Of a stretch of DNA of 64,000 bases, positions 57,757 through 64,000 are shown one piece after another. The stretch's first letter is position 1. Each line of letters opens with the position of its first letter. The stretch comes from the human T2T-CHM13v2.0 reference genome, Homo sapiens. The translations under genes and the position numbers were made by a program. The stretch lies in NCBI RefSeq assembly GCF_009914755.1, contig NC_060926.1. The stretch is one strand, 5' to 3'. The notes under the pieces are model-generated. The model did no database searches. It was not told the origin of the DNA and was given only the letters and a program-made list of their open reading frames with translations.

Positions 57757-59095
57757 ATTAAAATTTTACATGTTTAAGGTGTACAGCATGAAGTTTTGAT
57801 ATAAATCTATACAGTGAACAGATATCTAAGGTCAAGCTAATTAATATATTCATCTTTTCACATAGTTGCCATGTGTGAGTGTGTGTGAGTGTGTGTGTGT
57901 GTGTGTGTTTTGGCACAAGAGGCTTACATTTTGGCCTACCTTGGCTTTTGATATGTCTTCCACACAAACCTTAATGATTTTTATAATAGCTTTTGATTTA
58001 ACTTGAGAGATATATAACTCTTTCTTTCTCTTGAAAACTTAGAGGCCATTGCAGGGTTCTAAATTGGCCTAATTTCAATATTGCTTTGTCCCAGGAAATA
58101 GGGAGGACTGAGGAGGAGAGAGATGAGGGAATGCTTGGTGAGAGGAACAGGTAGAAAACACACAACATGTATTTATTAAGCTTGTCATCATATGTGGGTG
58201 TGGTTTGAGGCACCCCAAAACAATTACAATAATAACATCAAAGACTACTGATCACAGATCACCATAGCAGGTATGATAAAAATGAAAAAGTTTGAATTAT
58301 TATGAGAATTACCAAAATGTGACAAAAAGACATGAAGTAAAGCTTATGCTGTTGGAAAAATATTGCCCATAGACTTGCTTAATGCAGGGTTGTCACAAAC
58401 CTTTAATTTGCAAAACATGCAATATCTGCAAAGTACAATAAAATGAAGCATAATATAATGAAGTACTCCACTATTCAACACAGTATTATTAAGTGTAATC
58501 TCCATGCTATGCATTAGATCTCTAAAACGTGCTTATCCTACATAATCAGAACTTTGTACCTTTTGACCAACATTTCCCCATGCCCCCAACTGCTGGTCTA
58601 TTGTGTTTCTGCTTCTATGAGTTTTACTATTACAGATAACTCATAAAAGTGGCATCATTTAGTATTTTTCCTTCTGCATCTGGCTTATTTAACTTATTAT
58701 AATGTCCTCCAGTTTCATCCATGTTGTTTCAAATAGGAGGATCTTTTTCTTTTTTAAAGCTAAGCCATATTCCATTATATGTGTGTGTATGCATTTGTAT
58801 GTGTGTTTGTGTGTGTGTGTCAGTCACTATTTCTTTATCCATCTATCCATCCATTGACACTTAAGTGGTTCCACATCACGGCTATTGTGAAGATCGCTGC
58901 AATGGACATGGTAGTGCAGCCACTTCTTCAAGGCTCTGCTTTCAATTATTTTGGATATTTATGCAGAAGAGGAATTGATAGATCATGGGTAGTTCTAATC
59001 TTAATTTTTTTGAGGAACCCCTGTAATGTTTTCCAAAAGGCTTTACCAATTTGCCTTCCCACCAACAATGTACAAGGGTTCCTTTTTCTCCATAG
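57757..59095 (-). mobile_element. L1MA8/9-like 3' end, interrupted by Tigger1
   Basis: tttaaggtgtacagcatg...gtcaagctaattaatatattcatc; resumes at ~58472 cagtattatt...cattagatctct; ORF2 C-terminus CTLLVGRQIGKAFWKT...HDLSIPLL. Confidence 0.85.
57927..58470 (-). mobile_element. Tigger1 (TcMar) left-end fragment
   Basis: gcagggttgtcacaaacctttaatttg...gcaatatctgcaaagtacaataaa and aaccccaaaacaattacaata-like blocks match the Tigger1 5' region in antisense. Confidence 0.88.
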
Positions 59096-59665
59096 GATAG
59101 CTATTGTCCTATTAGCTTTTAGAGTAATACCAGGAAAACAATTCATTCCTGTTCTGCTTTGTTTCCTTTGAGAAAACCTTAATCAGGAAGCATTTGTTCC
59201 CCTTTACTCTTTAGAACTTGACACGGAAAAATGTACCTCTATGTTATGTATCAATTTTTAACTTAAAATCCTTATTAAGCAGCCTTAACTGTTCTGCAAG
59301 AATATTTATTTGTTTCTCTTGCTCAATTCAATTTCTTTTCTAAAGCTAAACACATTATATTTCACCTATCTTTTATAATTAGAATTATCAAACATCTTGG
59401 TATGCCTTGGACACACCTGTTCATGCCTATTTTCCTGGCATTTATTCTATTATGCATTTGGGTTTGATTTTTCATATTTTAACAATGTATAAAGAGTAAC
59501 ATTATTTTATGCCACTATGGCTTTGGCAGATCCGCACACTAACTTTCAGTTTCTGTCTGGTTCTTGACATTGTCAATTTAAAACTTAGTTAACACTGAAA
59601 AAAATCAACAAAAACTGGTGTCTCATTTCTAAGATCATCTACAACTCAAGGTAACAATATATTTA

Positions 59666-59988
59666 TTTTATATATATACATATGTGTGTGTGTATATATA
59701 TGTATATATACATGTATATATACACATACATATGTATACATATACATATACACATACATATGTATACATATACATATACACATACACGTGTATACATATA
59801 CATATACACATACACGTGTATACATATACATATACACACACATGTGTATACATATACATATATACATACATATGTATACGTATACATATATACACATTTA
59901 TATATACGTGTGTATGTATATATACATATATATATACATGTATATATACATACACACACAAGTATATATATATATATGTATATATATG
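59666..59988. repeat. Alternating purine-pyrimidine (TA/CA/TG) tract with 28-bp higher-order unit
   Basis: tgtatacatatacatatacacataca(ta/cg) units starting at 59733, 59761, 59789, 59817, 59845, 59873. Confidence 0.95.
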
Positions 59989-60109
59989 ATCAAAGTAAGA
60001 AAATAATTGCCAGGCATGACATCCAAGCCCATAATTAGAAAGGGAAGATTGCCATAATGAATTGTATATTTTATATTTTATTTGTTCTTACATTCACTTT
60101 AGTTTTTCT

Positions 60110-60345
60110 TAACAATAAGAATAAAATACAGTGTTTATGGATGCACATAAGGATAAAATTATTTGAAAAGTCAAGGAAGTGATTACTATGAAATTCCAAG
60201 TAGTAGTTACTTTTGAAGTTTAGGAAGGGTTGAACATTGAAATGGGGTAAATGAAGAGGTTCTGGTGTAGCTAGCAATGTTTTATCTCTTGATGTGAGTG
60301 ATAGTTACGGGGACGTCACCTTATAATACCTTCTTAAACAAACAA
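60110..60345 (+). mobile_element. L1ME-like 3' UTR fragment
   Basis: gtagtagttactttt...ttctggtgtagctagcaatgttttatctcttgatgtgagtgatagttac. Confidence 0.55.
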
Positions 60346-60410
60346 TGCAATTTTGTCCCTTCATTTGAAACTTTTCATTTTTCTATTTCATCATTTGACA
60401 AATTATATTT

Positions 60411-60641
60411 GCTGGATGCAGTACTGTGTGCCTGAAGTCCAAACTACTCAGGAGGCTGAGGTAGGAGAATTGCTTGAGCCCAGGAATTCTGCTACAGTGC
60501 ACTATTCAAATTGAGTGTCTACACTAAGTTCAGCATCAATATGGTAACCTCCTGAGAGCAGGGGATCACCAAGTTGCCTAAGGAGGGGTAAACCAGCACA
60601 GGTCAAAAACAGAGCAGGTCAAAACTCTCATGCTGATAAGT
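60411..60641 (+). pseudogene. 7SL (SRP) RNA retropseudogene, 3'-truncated, tailless
   Basis: Contains 7SL S-domain absent from Alu: cactaagttcagcatcaatatggtaacctcc...ttgcctaaggaggggtaaacc...gagcaggtcaaaactc; starts at the 7SL 5' end, stops after ~230 nt; CpGs decayed. Confidence 0.93.
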
Positions 60642-60727
60642 TATGTTAATAAAACAGCTTTCACTATGATGTTGTGAAAAAATTTAAGTCACTATGCAGT
60701 AAGTCAAATCTTTCAGAATAAAATGTA

Positions 60728-61059
60728 CCGTTAACCCTCCTTATTTGCAGGGGGTATGTTCCAAGACTCCCAGGGGGTGCCTGAAACTACGTATAGTCCT
60801 GAATCTTATATATAGAGTACTATAATTTTTCTTTTATTTGTATATACATACCTATGATAAATTTTAATTTATAAATTGAGCACAGTAAGACATTAACATT
60901 AACAATAAAATAGAATAATTGTAAGTATAATAAAGTTATGCATATTCTCTCTCTCTCTTTAATACTATGTTGTACAATACTCACCTAGTATTTTCAGACT
61001 AGTTGACTTTGAGTAATGAAAACAGAGAAAGTGAAATTGCTGCTAAGGAGTGATTGCTG
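60728..61059. mobile_element. MER44A-like (Tigger7-derived) MITE
   Basis: ccttatttgcagggggtatgttccaagactcccagggggtgcctgaaac...gaaagtgaaattgctgctaaggagtgattgctg; degenerate TIRs; TA at left. Confidence 0.85.
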
Positions 61060-61261
61060 CAGTGTCTAAATTCAAAAAATTAAAATATGAATAAAATGAA
61101 AAACGGCAATAAATTTAAAAAGGAAGTAAAATTACAAGAATTTGTGGCTAATAGGTTAAGCGTATTTTATGTTGATACACACTCATACACAAACATACAT
61201 AGTTACATGTACTCACACAGATCTATAAATGTCTACACATAAGCATTGGATATCTGAGAGG

Positions 61262-64000
61262 TTTTTTTAATTTTTAAAATTTTATTTTTATTTCAGGAGT
61301 ACATGTGCAGATTGGTTATATAGATACATTGTGTAATGCAGGTGTTTGGTATATGGATTATTTCACCACCCAGGTAATAAGCATAGAACCTGATAGATAG
61401 TTTTTTGATCCTCACCCTCCCCCAACCCTCTGCCCTCAAGTAGGTCCAGTGTCTATTGTGCCATTTCTTGTGTCCATCTGTACTTAATGTTTAGCTCCCA
61501 CTTATAAGTGAGACAATGTGGTAATTGGTTTTCTATTCCTGCATTAGTTAGCTTAGGATAATTGTCTTTGGCTGCATTCATGTTGTTTAGGAGGACATGT
61601 TCTCATTCTTTTTTATGGCTGCATAGTATCCCATGGTGTTTGTGTACCACGTTTTCTTTATCCAGTCTACTATTGTTGGGCATCTAGATTGACTGCATGT
61701 CTTTGCTATTGTGATTAATGCTGTAATGAACATATGCATGCATGTGTCTTTATGTAGAATGACTTATATTCCTTTGGGTATATGCTCAATACTGAGATTG
61801 CTGGGTTGAATTATAGTTCTTCAAGTTCTTTGAGAAATTGTCAAACTGCTTTCCACAGTGGCTGAACTGATTCACATTACCACCACTAATGTATAAGTAT
61901 TCTCTTTTCTCCTCCAGCTGGCCAGCATCTGTTATATTTTGACTTATTGAGAGTAGCCACTTTGAGTGGTGTGAGTTGGTAGATTATTGTGGTTTAATTT
62001 GCCCTTCTCTAATGATTAGCAATGTTGAACATTTTTCTATTTTTGTTGGCCGCAAATATATTTTCTATTGAAAAGTGTCTGTCCATGTCCTTTGCCAGCT
62101 TTTTAATGGCATTGTTTTTTGCTTATAAATTTGTTTAAGTTCCTTATACATGCTGAATAGTAGACCTTTGTCAGATGCATAGTCTTTAAGTGTTTTCTCC
62201 TATTCTGTGGGTTGGTTATTAACTCTCTGTATTAGTCTATTTTCATACTGCTATAAAAATTGGAGACAGGGCAATTTATAAAGAAAAGAGGTTTAATTTG
62301 CTCCTCGTGGTTCTGCAGGCTATAAAGGAATCATAGAAGCTTCTGCTGCTGGGGAGACCTCAGGAAACTTACAATCATGGGGGGAGATGAACAAAAAGCA
62401 GGCACATCTTCCATGGCTGGAGCAGAAGTTAGGTAGGGCAGGGGTGGTGCTAAACACCTTTAAACAACTGGATCTCATGATAACTCACTATCGTGACAAG
62501 AACACCAAAAGGGATGGTGCTGAATCATTCATGAGAAGCCAACCCTGTGATCCAATCACCTCCCAGCAGGCCTCACCTACAGCATTGAGGATTATAGTCA
62601 ACGTGATATTTGTTCAAGGACACAGATCCAAACCATTTCACTCTGTTGATAGTTTTCTTTGCTCTACAGAAGCTCTTTAATTTAATGAGGTCCCATTTGT
62701 CAATTTTTGTTTTTGTTGCAATTGCTTTTGTTGCAATTGCTTTTGTCCTCTTTGTCATAAAATCTTTGCTGGAGCCTATGTCCAGAATGGTATCAATATT
62801 TCCTACATTAGCTTGCAAGGTTTCTATATTTTTAGGTTTTACATTTAAGTCTTTAATCCATCTTGAGTAGATTTTTCTATATGGTATAAGGAAGGGGTCC
62901 AGTTTCATTCTTCTGAGTATGGCTACTCAGCTATCCCAGCACCATTTCTTGAATAGGGAGTCCTTTCCTTACTGCTTGTTTTTGCGAAATATCAAATGAT
63001 TGTTAGTGTGTGGCTTTACTTCTGGACCAGGAATAACATTGCATCTGGAGATTGCTTTGGGCAATATGGGCATTTTAACAATATTGATTCTTCCAGTCTA
63101 TGAGCATGGAATGTTTTTCCATTTGTTTGTGTCATCTCTAATCTCTTTGAAGAGTGTTTTGTAATTCTCATTGTAGAGACCTTTCACCTCCCTGGTTAGC
63201 TGTATTGCTAGGTATTTTATTTATTTATTTTTTGTAACTGTAGTGAATAGAACAGCATTCTTGATTTGGCACTCAGCTTGGATAGTTCTGTTTATGTGAT
63301 AACTCACTTGCATTAATTTGCGTATGCTAAACCAACCTTGCATCCCTCTGGGATAACCCTACTTGATTATAGTGGATCAGCTTCTTCATGTGTGGCTCAG
63401 ATTGGTTTGCTAGTATTTTGTTGAGGATTTTTGTATCTATGATCCTGAAGGATATTGGCCTGAAGTGTTCTCTTTTGTTGTGTCATTTTGTTGTGTTTTG
63501 GTATCAGAATGATGTTGGCCTCATAGAACAAGATAGGGTGGAGCCCCTTCTCCTCAATTTTTTGGAATGGTTTCAGCAGGAATGGTACCAGCTCTTCTTT
63601 ACATCTGGTAGAATTCGGTTGTGAATCCATCTGGTTTTGGGCTTTGGTTGATAGGCTTTTTGTTACTGATTCCATTTCAGAACTCATTATTAGTCTGTTC
63701 AGGGTTGGAATTTCTTCCTGATTCAGTCTTGGGACTTTTTTTTTTTTTCTTATAGGAATGGGTCCATTTCTTTTGGGTTCCCCAGTTTGTGTGTATATAG
63801 TTATTCATAATAGTCTCTGATGGTTCTTTGTGTTTCTGTGAAGTCAGCAGTAACATACCCTTTGTCATTTTTGATTGTGTCAACTAGGGTCTTCTCTTTT
63901 TTCTTTTTTTTTTCCTTTATTAGTCTAGCTGGCAGTCTGGCAGTCTATCTATCTTTCAAAGGACCAACTTCTAGTTTCATTGATATCTTGTACGGCCCCT
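61262..64000 (-). mobile_element. L1PA15/16-like 3' part (continues past window end), with internal deletions and an MSTA insertion
   Basis: 3' UTR ttatttcaccacccaggtaataagcatag...gccctcaagtagg; ORF2 [41 protein letters not shown]...FYEANIILIPK. Confidence 0.9.
62228..62640 (-). mobile_element. MSTA-like solo LTR nested in L1
   Basis: tgtattagtc...ggacacagatccaaaccatttca; TSD ctctc/ctctg duplicating the L1 ctctg. Confidence 0.9.

Noticed and set aside
59646-60038. Six overlapping Y/I/H/T/C/V-rich ORFs; CRISPR-like periodicity
   Set aside because: Translation artefacts of a dinucleotide-derived tandem repeat; no unique spacers, no cas genes, and the DNA is primate.
60411-60641. Functional 7SL gene, or an Alu
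   Set aside because: The S-domain rules out Alu; heavy CpG decay and the missing 3' strand rule out a functional SRP RNA.

Overview
AT-rich, CpG-depleted primate genomic DNA (ape/human-like, given a young L1PA2-4 element and AluS/J, THE1 and MST elements), intergenic or deep intronic. I find no cellular protein-coding gene. Every recognisable ORF in the track derives from L1 ORF2, THE1-int, Alu or simple repeats. The window is a mosaic of retroelements (L1PA, L1MA/MB/ME, 12 Alus, THE1/MST/MLT/LTR16 LTRs, MIR/L2/L3), DNA transposon fossils (MER20, Tigger1, MER44, Zaphod-like), a 3'-truncated 7SL retropseudogene and several micro/minisatellites. The most informative signals are retrotransposition footprints: (1) a 4.1-kb twin-primed inverted L1PA with a perfect 15-bp TSD and a 23-nt 3'-transduced tag; (2) a THE1A provirus whose 5' LTR is missing almost exactly while a 5-bp TSD-like repeat still brackets it; (3) a tailless 7SL copy apparently primed by target-site microhomology; (4) an ancient L1MB-like twin-priming inversion; (5) a perfect 14-bp hairpin next to a half-Alu. 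There are also weak + strand non-coding exon/smORF and promoter candidates. I cannot support a previously undescribed biological system from sequence alone. Repeat subfamily names come from recalled consensus sequences and need RepeatMasker/Dfam confirmation.
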